Notes: generated by a model not told the origin, from the letters alone. A stretch of 64,000 nucleotides of DNA from Azolla caroliniana (GCA_043228905.1 JBHGNT010000003.1:22630001-22694000); one strand, 5' to 3'; shown: positions 50,077-63,593, counted from the stretch's first letter. Translations and numbers: made by a program.

Positions 50077-53040
50077 TGTTGAGAACCGAACTCAACTTCC
50101 CATAGAGACAATGTTCGCACTAGCCAGTGGACATCATACTACGCCAGTTTTGTAATTAGTAGAAAGGGCATTTGCCCTTGACTAGTTGGTATTTAAACCT
50201 GCTCTTTGTAACCTAGTTAATGTTGAATGTAATCATATTTTCACTAAGATAGCTTCTTGTTAAAAGCTCTCTCTCTCTCTCTCTCTCTCTCTACTTGTCT
50301 TACACATAACATTACCTACATCACCCACGCTACTGCACAACATCACCTATATCATGTGGAAGAGCACTATGTGGCCTACCTTGTTTTGTATATTCTCCAA
50401 CCAATTCTCTCACACCTCGATGAGAATTATCATGTCAAAGATAATTTGAGTTTGTACAGAGTTATCCTCCTTTAGAGGTAGTCTAAATCATTAGTTGAGG
50501 ACCATGAAAACATAAAAATGATCAAATAATGCATACCCTCAACACGCATGTATTCTCAACATGTCTGACAATAATGGTTAGTATGTGGAAATAGTAGAGG
50601 AAGCACGATAACATAACAAAGCACATAACGAATGAAAGGAGAAACATGTAATAACAATTAAAAAGAACTGAAAGCACAATTATCTGATGTGCTCCTAAGT
50701 GAGTATGTACAATTATCTGATGTGCTCGGCTATGTTCGAGAGTTGAAAACGCCGAAAGAAGCTTGGGGCAATCACAAGAAGATTTTTGCGGTCAATACGA
50801 TTGCACGAAAGCTCCAACTCCGACAAGAGTTGAATAACATGCAACAGAGGGACATGTCGATGACCAACTATACCTTGAAGATCAAGGAGTTGTGCGATGC
50901 CCTCAGATTAATCAACGTCGTTATCGGTGATGAAGAAATGGTGCAAATATGCCTCGGTGGCTTAGCAACTGGATTCAGCATGATGAGATCTGCCACTCTC
51001 GCAAGGGAGAACCCTCCTTCCTTTTTCAACCTTCAATCTATATTACTGGTGGAGGAAAAGCATGCCTGACAAAGGAGCAACGCACCAGACAATCAGATGC
51101 TCTACTCCTAGTTGGATGATAGAAGAGGATTTGGCCAAGGAAATAGAGGTTGATTCGGCTGAGGGCGACAGGGTCAGCCGACCAGAGAACGCAACTTCCA
51201 CCAATGACAAGACGATAGGAACAATTCCAGGGAGTTCAGCAAAAGGGGGAGCCATCTTGTTGGACCGAGCCATTGCAACAACCCGATCGAATGCATGTCC
51301 TGTGGAAAAATCGGCCACCATGAAGAGGAGTGTCGAAAGAAGCAACGAGAGTTGGCTTTGACCAGTCTACAACTCACGAATTACGCCACGAACTCCGATT
51401 ATGAGGGTCACGATAGAATGTTCGTAATGAGGCATAAAGCACATGAGACATCACCTCCTCATCCGAAATTGTGTGGTTTGTTGACTCGGGAGCATCCAAT
51501 CATATGACGTCTCTCGAAGATTGGTTCCGAGAGTTAAGAAGGCCCAATTGACCCGGCTATGTCGAAACCGGTGTCGTGAAGATCCGTCACTACGCGCGGA
51601 TCGTGAGGCGGAACCGCCGGGGTTCTGGACCGGAAGGATTCAAAGTCGGTCCAAGCTTTGGCGAGAAAGTACTTAAGACAGATTGGGAAAGAGAGGAGTT
51701 GAGATTAAACGATTGAGAGCGATTGATTGAACTTTTATCTTTGGATTTAAGAAACAAGTTACACGATCAATTTGATAATGATTTTCTTCTTCTTAATTTT
51801 ATAATAATAAAAAAACGTGTTTTTTCTCCTCCCCCTTCTTTTCTAGATGCTCTCATGCATATGATGCATGTGAGGGTACAAGACATGCATAAATTGCATG
51901 TTTGCCATTTGGCGCTTATGTATTACATGTGGTGCATGATAACCATGTCACTCATTTTAGCTCTCATGTATGAGAATTTACATATAAAAGTACAATGATA
52001 GAAATATAATTTCAACTAAATAGCATGGCTTAATGGTAAGCCAATTGATTCCTAACTTGGAGGTGCAAGGTTCGAATCCTTACTTGCCCTCCTTGTATAT
52101 GTATATATATTTATTTATCTAGTCGCCGGATGCCGTCGGTTACCGGTGCTGCCGGATGCCGTCGCCGGATACCGGTTTGTCGTCGGATCACCGGCTCCAT
52201 CGCCGGTCCGGTTTTGGTTGGCCAAAACTCTTTACGAGTAGCTAGCCCACCTCCACTCTTAGTTCAAGTTACCTTGAACTCTTTATGCTCCACACATAGA
52301 CACAAAGATAATATCTTTTGCTCTACCTTATATATGATGAGATCCGTATTTGTCGTGCCTATGTGGGATATCTCACAATTTTCTCTTTTCCTTTCACAAA
52401 CTTTATACCCTCATATCTTGACATTTAGTTGTCCGTTTCTCATGTAATAAAGTGCATTCGAAACCTCCATCATTTTATACTTAGATATTAAATTTATTTA
52501 AAATATTATCTTCACAATTATTGTATTATGTGATTCATACTTGATTTCGTACGTTTTATGAGATTTTCACACTATTGCCAAAAATCTTCACGACACCGGA
52601 GATGACACAACTCACTTGATTCGATATATCGGAAATGTCCCATTCGGGGACGGTAAACAAACATACCTCAAGAACGTCTTGTATGTACCAACCATCACAA
52701 AAAACCTGGTCTCGGTCGGCCAATTTGTTGAACAAGGTATGCAAGTATGATTCAACAACGACGAATGCTTCATTGAAAAAGACAATTGAGTCATAGCTCA
52801 CGGCCGCCGAGAAGGCTGAATGTTCATCCTCGAGATGAATGAGGTGAAATAGGCTATGCTTGCGAAAGGCCTCAAAGTCGAAATCAACTTGAACCTATGG
52901 CACAAGCGAATTGGCCACATTAATCTCCAAAAGCTTAAAGGAATGCAGTTGAAAGGAGTCGTAATCGACTCCCAACATTTATCGAAAAGGAGATACTTGG
53001 TGTATGTGAAGCCTGCCAGTTCGGCAAACAAATCACAGAT
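50077..53040 (+). mobile_element. Degenerate Ty1/copia (LTR remnant, gag, protease, GAG-pre-integrase)
   Basis: KTPKEAW...KLQLRQEL gag, CxxCGKIGHHEEEC knuckle, WFVDSGASNHMT protease and LWHKRIGH; interrupted at 51572-52595. Confidence 0.85.
51572..52595. mobile_element. Solo LTR-like insertion with 12-bp inverted termini and 4-bp TSD
   Basis: TGTCGTGAAGAT...ATCTTCACGACA; CCGG at 51568-51571 and 52596-52599; removing it restores the host frame VETGDDTTH. Confidence 0.88.
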
Positions 53041-53399
53041 CCAACAAGATGATCCTTGAGGTTACAAAGAGTAACTCGTATATTTAACAAACCATGTGAA
53101 TGTCATCCAGGAAAACATATTCATTGAATAATTATTTCCAAGTGAGGTGGCTTGTGATGTTGGGAAATGCAAAAGGTCCACCTTGCTAAGAAGAGGTTAT
53201 GAAAGTTAATCACACAACAAAATGGAGCATTTCTATGAAGAACAATATGGTGTGAATTCATATAATTTAGACTTGGGAACTAATACCCGTACTAGAGGAT
53301 ACAAGGGCTATAACCATGTAAAATCACATACATGGTAAAGTACACATCAGACAAATCCAAAACTAAATAACAAATGGGAGACTTTTTTTTTAAAGGGAT

Positions 53400-53633
53400 T
53401 AACGCAAAACGGGTACATTCTGGTGAAGTATTCTCCTACTTGTAATGGTTGCGAATGTTGTTAACAATCATGGAAAAAGGGGGATACAGAGGAAACATAT
53501 GTGAAAATAAGCTTCTTCCATGAAGATATTTAGGAGAAGGTGTTTATTGAGCAACCCATTGAGTTTGTACAAGGTAAGGAGGGGATGGAATGCAATCTAA
53601 GGAAGAGTCTATATGACATAAACTAGGCACCCC
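53400..53633 (+). pseudogene. Ancient Ty1/copia RT fragment
   Basis: 'VKISFFHEDI*EKVFIEQPIEF...CNLRKSLYDIN*AP' ends abruptly at 53633. Confidence 0.7.
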
Positions 53634-56600
53634 AACTTCTCGAATGTTATGAAGAGTGGGCCAAAGCTTGATTTTCTCGATGCGAGAAGGATCAATTTCA
53701 ACTCCTCGTTCGGTTATGAGATGTCCAAGATAAGTAATTGATTTCTTGAAGAACTCACATTTTGAGATCTTCGCATAAAACTATTTGTCACGCGATGTTT
53801 GTAAAACAAAGCGGACATGTTTAGCATGTTCTTGTATACGGCTATAAACTAAAATATCATCCAAGAAAATAACGACAAATTTTCCAAGTTGTTCTCGGAA
53901 AATGTCATTCATTTCTTGTTGAAATGTAGTTGGAGCATTGGTCAAACCAAAAGGCATAACCAAAAACTCATAATGGCCATAGTGTGTACGAAATGTCATT
54001 TTAGGAATATCGTCCTCACTTATACGAATTTGATGGTAGCCAGTACGGAGATCAAGTTTCGTAAAATACCGAGCTCCCTGGAGACGGTCAATTAGATCAT
54101 CAGCCCGGGGCAATGGATACGAATTCTTGATCGTCACTTTATTGAAACGTTGGTAATTAATACACATACACCATGTGCCCTCTTTCTTTTTAACCAAGAG
54201 AACTAGTGCACCCCATGGAGATTTACTATAACGTATATAACCCATTCGTAAATAGTCCTTGAGTTGCTTAGATACCTCATCCTCTTCGGATCGACTTAAG
54301 CGATAAGGAGGTATACTTATTGGTGCAACACCATGTACAATATCTATATGATGGTCTATATTACGTTTAGGAGGTAACCCATCTAGTAGTTCACTAGGAA
54401 AAACATGACGAAAATCATTTAAGATTTCATCAAGTTGTTGTTGTTCAAAATATGTTAATTGAACCGAGACATTATCAATATTGAAAACGTGAATGTCCGG
54501 ATCAAGTACACGATAAAATAGAGTAGAACAAGACAACTCGGATATTGATGGAGAGGAAACAATCGAGAGGGATTGTCTTTTTACACATTGAATAAAATGA
54601 GTACAATCGTTCAGTACAAAGGAAATGGAATGATGTACCCAATTGATAGATAAAGAAGAGTTTTTATTATAGAACCAGGGATAACCCAATATTACATCAG
54701 TGGTACAAAGATTCATTACATGGAAGTCTACTTCCTCTATGTAAGTATCAATAGAAATTCCTAATGAATGAATTGCCTTGTTGATGTATTGTACTCTTCC
54801 ATCAACCAAGTGCACCGTATAGGTGTGATCACTTATAGTGGGTTGGATTCCCCATATTTGAACCAAACGATCATTCACAAATTTGTGTGAGCTTCCCGAA
54901 TCAAACAAAAATTGTACGGGAGATCCATTGATATACCCGTTTGCACGTAGTAAATCATTGGGACCCAATACATAGTGAGGGAAAGAACATTGACAATTAC
55001 TTAAATGATGTGTATAGACCTGGAGGACATTAGGATTCTAACCTTTATGGTCTGTAGCTTTAGCTTTGCGGTCGTGCTCTTTCTGTTGGAGCTTTCGACA
55101 TTGTTCTTTTGTATGACCCTTCTTTTTGCAGAATACGCAAAAAGGATGTTGTCGCTTACAATCGCGATCCATGAATTTGTTGGGTGTCTTGCATTTCCCA
55201 GCGAATTGCGACTGCTTAGTCCTTGGCGCTTCGTTGGGTTTGTTGTGGTCCTTCTTTGAAGTGCGTTGATAGCGAAGAACTATTTCAACGGCCTCTTCGA
55301 AGGATTTTGGATCCTTATCGTGCACTATCCAGTGATAGTCCGAATTAGGGATGTCATTGACAAAACAAGCTATTAACCAATTGTCCCCTTCTAGACTCGA
55401 CTTTTGGATTTGGGTTCTAGCATGGTGAACATAGTCTTCTAACGAGGAAAACTTCATGCTAGAGAGGTTCATTAAAGCTTGTGTTGCCTCGGTTCGAGAG
55501 GGAGGTTTTAGAAATTGGCCCTTAAAAACTGTGACAAAATGTGTCCAGGTATCGGGCAATTTCCCTAAAGTTCGGAGCCCACACCACCAGGCGGTGGTGT
55601 CGTGAAGATTTCCGGCTATAGTGTGAAACCAGAGTGGAATAGGGCAAGTCGGTGGTGTGCAACAGGTGCACATGTATAGTAGGAAATGATGTATAGAATG
55701 AAGGGGAGTATTTGTCCCACATTGTAACGCCCTCCCCTCCTTGGTCTATAAAAGGAGGGAGGGGTCCCTTGTTGAGGAGTTGCCCATTTTGTGTTAGGAG
55801 GGTAAACCATTAGATCTAGGGTTTGGTAGTTTTCTCTTCTTCTTACTTTTCTTTAGGGTTTCATTTAGTTCTTCTTCGTCGTCGTCGTGTGGGTTGAGAG
55901 TTCGTGTCTGTTTAGGGTTTGCTTCCGCTCGATCTCCTATGCAAGACCCCGCTCAGCGCGACGAGCCCGAGAGCTCCCCGATTGGCGGCTTGGCAGTAGA
56001 CTGCTATTGTAACCTAACCTACCTTGGTCCGGCTCGAAGCCGGGGTTGTATCTTTCCCTTGTAATATATATACTCATATCTGTTTGTGCATATTGGCGTA
56101 TTTGGTGGTGATGGGAGCATAGCCCCCCCTTTGTTTCCCGTGCATAAGAGTCGGTGTCGCGCACAAGCTTTTCTCTTTTCTTCTCTCTCTCTCTCTCTCT
56201 CTCTCTCGGGTTCAGTTGCCTCCGGGACGTGTCCGGAGTCGGTTTCTCGGCATCCCTTCCTCCCTCGTCCGAGACCCCCGTGGTCCCGCTCCTTCTACAC
56301 ACATGCGCATAATAACGAGACAACGGCCTTACCCCCTAGTTCTCGGCCGACATATGCAATCTTCGTACTATCTGGCGTGGGATAGAGCTCAAAATGAGAC
56401 TCCCACCGCCCCAACCACGTGTAGATTGCTTCTTCGGTTCTTTCCTTTTTTTCTCCCATAAATGGCTTAACAACAAACGATGGTTCACCTTGTTGCTCAT
56501 CAGGTCTATTAATCTCACGTTGTAAAATAATGACACATGCCTCGAGAGCACTTTGAGATTGCCGAAGTTCGGTCATCTGTTGAGCGTTGAAACTAAGGTA

Positions 56601-57447
56601 TTGGGTTATTTGCGAAAAATACATCTCAATGGACATTTGTCCAGGAGGATTTCCTTGAGTTCCTTCCGCTTCAGCGGATGACATCGGATCGTTATTTTGA
56701 GCCATTGAATGGTTATTTCTGGCAAAGAAATAGGATAAGGTCAGACAAATAGTCATAACAACATGTCGTGTTGTAAACAAATCATGGGCAAACATTAATC
56801 AATATCATGATCTCATGTCAATACCCCTCTAGACGTATGAGATGAGGTTCAAGATCAGGTTACTATGCTAACACAAAGGTGTTTTAAAAACCATGGGGGT
56901 GATAAATTAATGTCTTTCCCTGATCTCTATATCGATTTTTTCATGGCGGCTCCCCGAGGCTCAACCATGTATGTTCGCATCATGACTAGTTTATACACGA
57001 AAAAAATGTTAACAATAAACTATGTTTCTGTGCCCACATATGTGGTTTCGGCTCTTTAGGTCCTATTACAAGGACCCTAAACTGCACTTAGACCTCAAGT
57101 CTAAACATGTGTTATAGTCATATGTATCAACGATGTTGTATGGTCTTGGTCATATTTGAACTCGAGACCTCGAGAACAAATACATTAAACAATTGAGCCA
57201 ACCACAAGACAGAGTCTCTACATAGTCAACAAGATGATGAAATGAGGGTAGCTAGGCCTCTTATTTATAGCGATACCCAAGGCCCCCAGGCAAGTTCACA
57301 CTTGGCCTAATGGGTTGTCTCAATCCCAAGGATTAAAAGTAATCCTCCCCTTCTTTACACTCTCATTTAACCGTCACACTTATCCACGTGGATAGAATGC
57401 TACGGTAAATTCTCACCACGGGATATTATATGGTCATGCCTGTAACA
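53634..57447 (-). mobile_element. Ty3/gypsy chromovirus, 5' half (partial 5' LTR 57447-57201, gag, protease, RT)
   Basis: 57201-57447 is the reverse complement of about 36636-36882. Gag with CVFCKKKGHTKEQC, protease LFDSGSS, RT 'MPFGLTNAP...FLDDIL...YLGH', ending at 'WPTLHNIREV'. Confidence 0.9.
55598..56322. mobile_element. Solo LTR (TGTCGTGAAG-type) in chromovirus gag
   Basis: TGTCGTGAAG...GAGACA; flanks GTGG/ACGG fit an ancestral GCGG; removing it restores gag 'ELGGKA-x-AWW'. Confidence 0.8.
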
Positions 57448-60400
57448 CGGATGGATGACATCTTCACTACCGGGCGAAGATCTCATCGAAATCCACTCCT
57501 TTCTTCTATTGAAACCCCTTCACCATTATTCGGGCTTTGTACCTTGGTGGATTTCCGGTGTCTCCCAGTTTTAGCTTGTACACCCACTTGTTCCGGAGTG
57601 CCCTCTTTCCTTTCGGAAGCTTTGACAATTCATATGTGTGGTTGTCATGCAAGGAATCCATCTCGTCATGTGTGGCACTTAACCACTTGTGGTTTGTGGG
57701 TATCTCTATCATTGTTCTCAATCATTGGTTCCTTCGTTTGTTCTTCATCTGAATCCGACTTGGGGTCTTGTCCGATTCCGGTGTCCAGATCTTCTTCTTC
57801 AGTCGGTTAAGTTTCTTGTCCGAATTTGGCTGGTTCTTCGAGTGTCATCCGGCTTCCAGTCGGATGGGTCCTTGTGTCTTTTGACCGATCTTTTTCGGTT
57901 GACCCGAAGTTCGTTGTCTTCTTCTCCGATTCCCAATCGGCTATTGTCCTATCTTCCATGAAGATTATGTCTCGACTCTAGAAGACCTTATTGTCGACCA
58001 AGTCCCACACTCGATAGCCGAACTCCTCATCACCATATCCAAGGAATATGTTTGGCCGAGACTTCAGATCCAACTTAGCGCTCTTGTCCTCAACACATAG
58101 AACAAGAAGTTGTGGGTTTGATTCTTGATAAGCCAAAATGTTGTCTTCATGACACCAGTAAGACACGTCTTTACCGGTCCATACTCTCTATGGTGTATCT
58201 CCGTCCAAGGGTGATCTATTTATCACGTAAGTTGTCGTCATCAGCGCCTTAGCCCAAAACATCTTGGACAACTTTGCATGTGCCAGCATACTCCAGTCTC
58301 TCTCCATCACAATCTGGTTCATCATTTCGGCCAATCCATTCACTTCCAGTGTCTTCAGCACGGTTAATTCAAGCAAGATTCCCTTCGACCGGCAATACTC
58401 CTCGAACTGCCCCCGGTATTCGCCTTCGTTGTCTGCTCGAACTACATTTAGCTTTCACCTAGTTTCCCCTTTCCACTCTCGCGTGGAAGTCCTTGAAGAT
58501 GGATAATACCTGGTCTTTATGTCATGGACACACCATGTGCGGACTAGGACAAAGCACAAATGATGGGGCTACGTGTGACGGATGAACTTGGAGCTAGATG
58601 TGATGAGGCTAGGAACTCTAGATGTTGTGAGCGACATGAAGGCATGAAGACAGAAATAAAGATCAAGGAGACAATATGAGGCAAATTGAGAATATTATAT
58701 TGATGTTTCAATGACTGGTGTTGAATCCCTTGAAAGGGACCAAGGAGGTTACAAGTATTTATACAGTGAGTTGAAATACATGCATTAGAATATTCTTAGG
58801 AATATTTTGGAGAATATTCTAGAACCTTCTAGTTCTAGAACTTCCTAAAAACTCCTAGAATGTGAATAGATAATCTATGAAGATATACGCAACACGATTA
58901 TGTACTTGGATATGTTGGCTACAATATAACACTTGACTATGATACAAGAGGTCAAGAGTTCAAACCTTGACATAACAGTTGTCATGTTTGTGACACTTTC
59001 GTCTTTAGTGGTGAGACCCACAACTTCCGGTTATGGTCGTTTATGAATGTCATGAAGTATTGTGACCCAGCATGTGACTTTGTGTCCACTTCACATACAT
59101 CGGTATCCACTTGACTTCGTGCATTCCGTCTCATTAGTGGTCTTGTTTGAAAAGAGGTTTGGTTTTGCTTGTCGGCCAAGCAGTCGGTGGATCTCTCATG
59201 TTGCACGTCTTTCACCTCCGGAATGAGGTTCTCCTTGGCAAGTTTGCGCATCCCTTTCTGGCTCATGTGCCACAACCTCTTGTGCCACATCTCATCGGCA
59301 TTGTCAGATGCCACGTTCACTTATTCCTGGCAATTCCGGGTATGCATTAGGTACAATGTGTTTTGGACGATCAGGCTTCCTTTGCAAAACTTTATGACTC
59401 CATTCCGGATGCTACCCGTGTAGCCTTCATCATCTAGCCGACAGGCTGGTATCAGGTTCAACCGAACCTCCGGAACGTGTCATACATCTTTCAACAGCAA
59501 CTTGCACCTAGTTGACGTCGTCAACCACACTTCTCCTATGCCGATAATTCGGCATGCACCTTCATTTCCCATCTGGGCAGAACTGTGATCTCCAACTCTG
59601 TAAGATGAGAAGCACTTCCAGTCGAGGGTCAGATGGAACGACGCCCCGGAGTTGACCACCCACGTCATTTCGTCGCTGACAAGATGTAGCTCGTTTTCCT
59701 CGGTGATGAGCAACAACTCTTCTTCACTTGTCGTAATTGCCGACGTTCCTTTCCTATCGGAACTTCTCCGGTCCAGACCCTTCTTCGAGTCGGCATTGTC
59801 GGTTCCTTTCTCCTTCCGGAAGTGTTGGCAATTCTTCTAGAAGTGCCCCGACTTTCCACAATAAAAAGCAAGTGGGCCTCCCCCTTGACTTGGACCTTGT
59901 CCCCGATTTGTCCCAGTTCTGGGGACTCCGATTTCAGCCTCTTCCCCGGTTACTTTCGTCTTCAGTAACCAATGCCTTCGGATCGGTTCCGAACTCCCGG
60001 TCCTTTCGGCGAGCTGCTTCATCCATCAAGCTTGATTTTACCCTTGTGAAGGATAGGTGTTTACCTTTCAGCCCGACGTTGCCCAAAGTGACAACTAGCA
60101 TCTCCCAACTATCCGGGAGGGAACCGAGCAGTAGCAACGTGAGTACCTCGTCAGCTAGAGGTACTTCCAATGAGGTTGTTTGGTTTATCAACCCCTGGAA
60201 GGCATTCATGTGCTCCTCCATACTGGAGCCATCCTGATATCCGAGTCTCACTAACTTCCAGAAGATTGAGACTCGATTTACATCATTCTTGTTCTCAAAC
60301 ATGATGCCTATCTTGTCCCAAAGTTCATGAGCCTTACTTTCTTCGTTGATGTTGTTGTACATGCTCATGTTGATGAAGCATCGAATGTAGGTTGTCGTCT

Positions 60401-61138
60401 TCATATGCATCACCTCCCATGTTGATGCATCAATCTTGTTTGGTCTTTTGTCCTCGAACTGTACCGACAACCAGAGATCTTTAACCACGAGCATGTCCCT
60501 CATCTTCAACTTCCACACTAAGTAGTTGGGGCCGGTGAGCTTGAACATGCTGCCGAATGGATCTTCCATGCTCTGATACCATATTGTGAGGAATAATGCT
60601 CGGCCCCAAGCAAGTCTTAAACACTTAATGGAAGAAAACAAAAAATAGAAATATGACAGACACAAGATGTTTACGTGGAAAACCTTAAACGGGAAAAACC
60701 ATGGGAGTTCTCGGAACTCCGAACAGGATCACTATAGAGAAGAGGTACAACAATGTGAGACTCAGAGGCAACAACCTCGAGCTCTACCTTCGCCCTCCGA
60801 CGGTTACAACAGAAAATACTTCTATATCTCTCACTTTCTCTCTTCCTCCATTTCTCTGTACAATGATAACAACATACACCTACAACAATATTGTCCTAGT
60901 TATATTTATACTTATATAACTTTGGGTTTATTTACAAATATGACCTCAATGGTCACGTCTAAACATATTTACTAATATGTTCCTATTTGTTGGTTCATAC
61001 CGGATCCGGTTGGACTCCATCCAATCCGGTATCCGGATACCCTTCCGGATCCATCTGGTTAGGTTTCTTCCTTCGTCCTGTCTTTCGGCTAGACCACTTC
61101 TCATCCAAATCCCATCCGGAGGAACCTATTTCCCAACA
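57448..61138 (-). mobile_element. Ty1/copia element, 5' half (5' LTR 61138-60585, tRNA-iMet PBS, gag, PR, INT, start of RT)
   Basis: The LTR is the reverse complement of 38579-39131; PBS TGGTATCAGAGC at 60581-60570; gag MEDPFGS...; WVVNSGASFH; WHKRLWHMS; KWVYKLK...YKARI. Confidence 0.93.
58520..58995 (-). mobile_element. Solo LTR (476 bp) carrying heat-shock elements
   Basis: TGTCA...TGACA termini; TSD CTTTA/CTTTC; removing it restores integrase LKTKDQVL; aGAAtaTTCtaGAAccTTCt at 58811-58830. Confidence 0.85.
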
Positions 61139-61189
61139 GAAATTGCCTTATGTACAAACGTGTGTAAATAACATAGTAATAGTTGAGTG

Positions 61190-61311
61190 TGTTGTATACG
61201 CGGTCATCTAGTGCGGAACAAAATCAATAGTCTTCTTTGTGGGGATCTTTGATCGATGCAATGAATAATATTGATTGCAACTAGAGAACCGAAAACCGTA
61301 TGCAAGGAGGA

Positions 61312-61347
<36 letters not shown>

Positions 61348-63593
61348 GTTGGGCACAAGATAAACTAAATTATTCAACCAACCCAAAACTAGGTTACAAA
61401 GTCAATTTATATATTGACGGACATAGGGCAACTGTCCTTCTCACTATTTACATAAATAGCCTAGAGCTAGTGTGTGCAAAAGGAGACAGTGTGAATACGT
61501 CCATTACAGACATGCATTCAACACTCCCCCGTAATGGGTGTATACATCGAAATTCTGTAAATCGAAATAAATGTACAATACAGATTGATACAAAATTTGA
61601 CTGTCACTGTAGACAACTGGAGCCAAGTCAGATTCAACTTGTCGAAACGTGCAAGCCAACCGACCGAGTCATAAGGCCTCTTTCGCCGCATCGGACACAT
61701 CTAAGTATTCAGCCTCGATCGTTGATGTGGTAGTGCACTCCTGAAGTTTCGATTTCCATGAGCTTGCTCCATTGTCGAACTTAAAGCAGTATCCAGTTGT
61801 TGACTTTCGACTCTCCACACAACCGACAAAGTTTGAGTCAGTATAGCCGACTACGCCTAAGGTGTCGTTCGGGCCGTATGGATGTGCCCATCATATATCT
61901 AAACACATGCTTTACTACGTTCCAGGATCGGCCAGGGTTGTGCATGAATATGTTGACGACTCCTACGACGTGAGCAATATCAAGCCATGTCGCGACCATC
62001 GTGTACATCAAGGAGCCGATTGCCGGTGCATACGGTACTAACTTCATAATGTCCCCCTCCGAACCGGATGTCGAGCAATCTCGTTGAGACAGCCGAAGCC
62101 TAATGGTTAGCGGGGTCGAAGCGGGTTTAGCCGATTGCATGTTGAAGTGTTCAAGGACATGAATAATATACTCGTATTGGGACAAAAACAATTGTCTTTG
62201 ATTTTGATTCCGACTGATCTTCATGTCGAGAATGTGTCTTGTTGGACCGAGGTCCTTCATGGCAAACTTCAACTGTAGTTGCCGAACGAGTTCGGAAAGC
62301 TCTCCGGCTTGCCGACCGGCGATTAGCATGTCGTCCACATAGATGATGAGGAAGATGGGTGACCCATCTCGAGTTGTTTTCATGAAGAGACAATGGTCCT
62401 TATTGTTCTTCAAGAAGCCGGCTGACTAAATGAAGTCATTGAACGGTGCCTGTTTTAGGCCGTAAAAACTCTTTCTGAGTCGATAGACTAGATGTTCTTA
62501 GCTGGGTGCAACGAAGCCTTTAAGATGCTATATATAAATTTCCTCCTCTAGATCACCATGGAGGAATGTCGTTTTGACATATGTCTGAATCAGGTCTAAA
62601 TTCTTGGTTGCCATGATGCTGAGATTAAAGCGGAGGGTTGTCATTTTCACCACTGGTGAAAAAACTTTGTCAAAATCGACGACATATTCTTGTCGAAACC
62701 CTTTCGCAACTAATCTGGCCTTGATTTTTGGGGTGACTGAATCAAACATCTCTTGAATTCTATAGACCCATTTGCACGGAAGGGTACGTCGATTTTTCGG
62801 TAGTTCGATCAAGTCCCAAGTTTGGTTTGCTCGAATGGAGTTCATTTCAGACTCCATGGCCAGATGCCAGGTGGTCGAATCGGCAGATGCCGATGCTTCT
62901 TCGTATGATGTCGGTTCTCCGGTGTCTGTAAAGAAGATTCCAGGAGAGTATCTCTCCGAGGGCTGCGAAAGTCTCTCAAATCTTCGAGGTATAACTGGAC
63001 TAGTCGCATCGGGTGTCGAAGTCGGATGGTCAGAAGCCGAAACATTTGGTTATGCCGAGTCGGATGTTGTCGAGTCAGTACTAGAGGTTTCGGCTACCCG
63101 TGAACCCAATCTTGTGTTGTGGGTTGGGCCTTTGTGAAGGGTTGGCACATCCGAAAAATTTAACCTTCGGACTTCGATCAGTTTTTCGGTCGATTGATGC
63201 ATGGTTGACTCATTGAACACTATGTTCGAACTTTGGACGATCTGTATGTGCTCGGGATCCCACAGTTAGTAGCCAATTTCGCCATCTGGTCCATGACCGA
63301 GGAAAAATGCATTTCTTGGACCTTGGTGCAAGTTTGCGGCGATCTTCTTTCGGTATGAGGGCGTATGCCTCACAACCGAAAATCCTCAGCTTGTTGTAAT
63401 TCGGTTTGTTGTCGTTCCATAGTTCTTGAGGTATCCGAAGCTAGAGTTCTACTCGGCGACATATTGTTTATGTGTACTGCCATTCGATAGTCTGGAGTGT
63501 TGAAGCATGGAAACTATCCTTTCTTGAATTGTCTGATTCATCAGCTCGACAATGTCGTTCTGCTCCGGACTATGGGGTGTCGTATATTCACAT
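61190..63593 (-). mobile_element. Degenerate Ty1/copia (integrase end, RT, PPT, 3' LTR 61523-61190)
   Basis: TWDLIELP...KARLVAKGF, FLHGDLEEEIY, YVDDML, FAMKDLG and GSLMY motifs; PPT GGGGGAG next to TGTTGAA. Confidence 0.88.

Noticed and set aside
52021-52090. Functional tRNA gene
   Set aside because: A and B boxes are present, but the acceptor and anticodon stems do not pair; kept only as a tRNA-like module.
36636-57447. Inverted LTR pairs read as TIRs of a giant DNA transposon
   Set aside because: PBS, PPT and TSD positions show they are ordinary direct LTRs turned around by the inversion.
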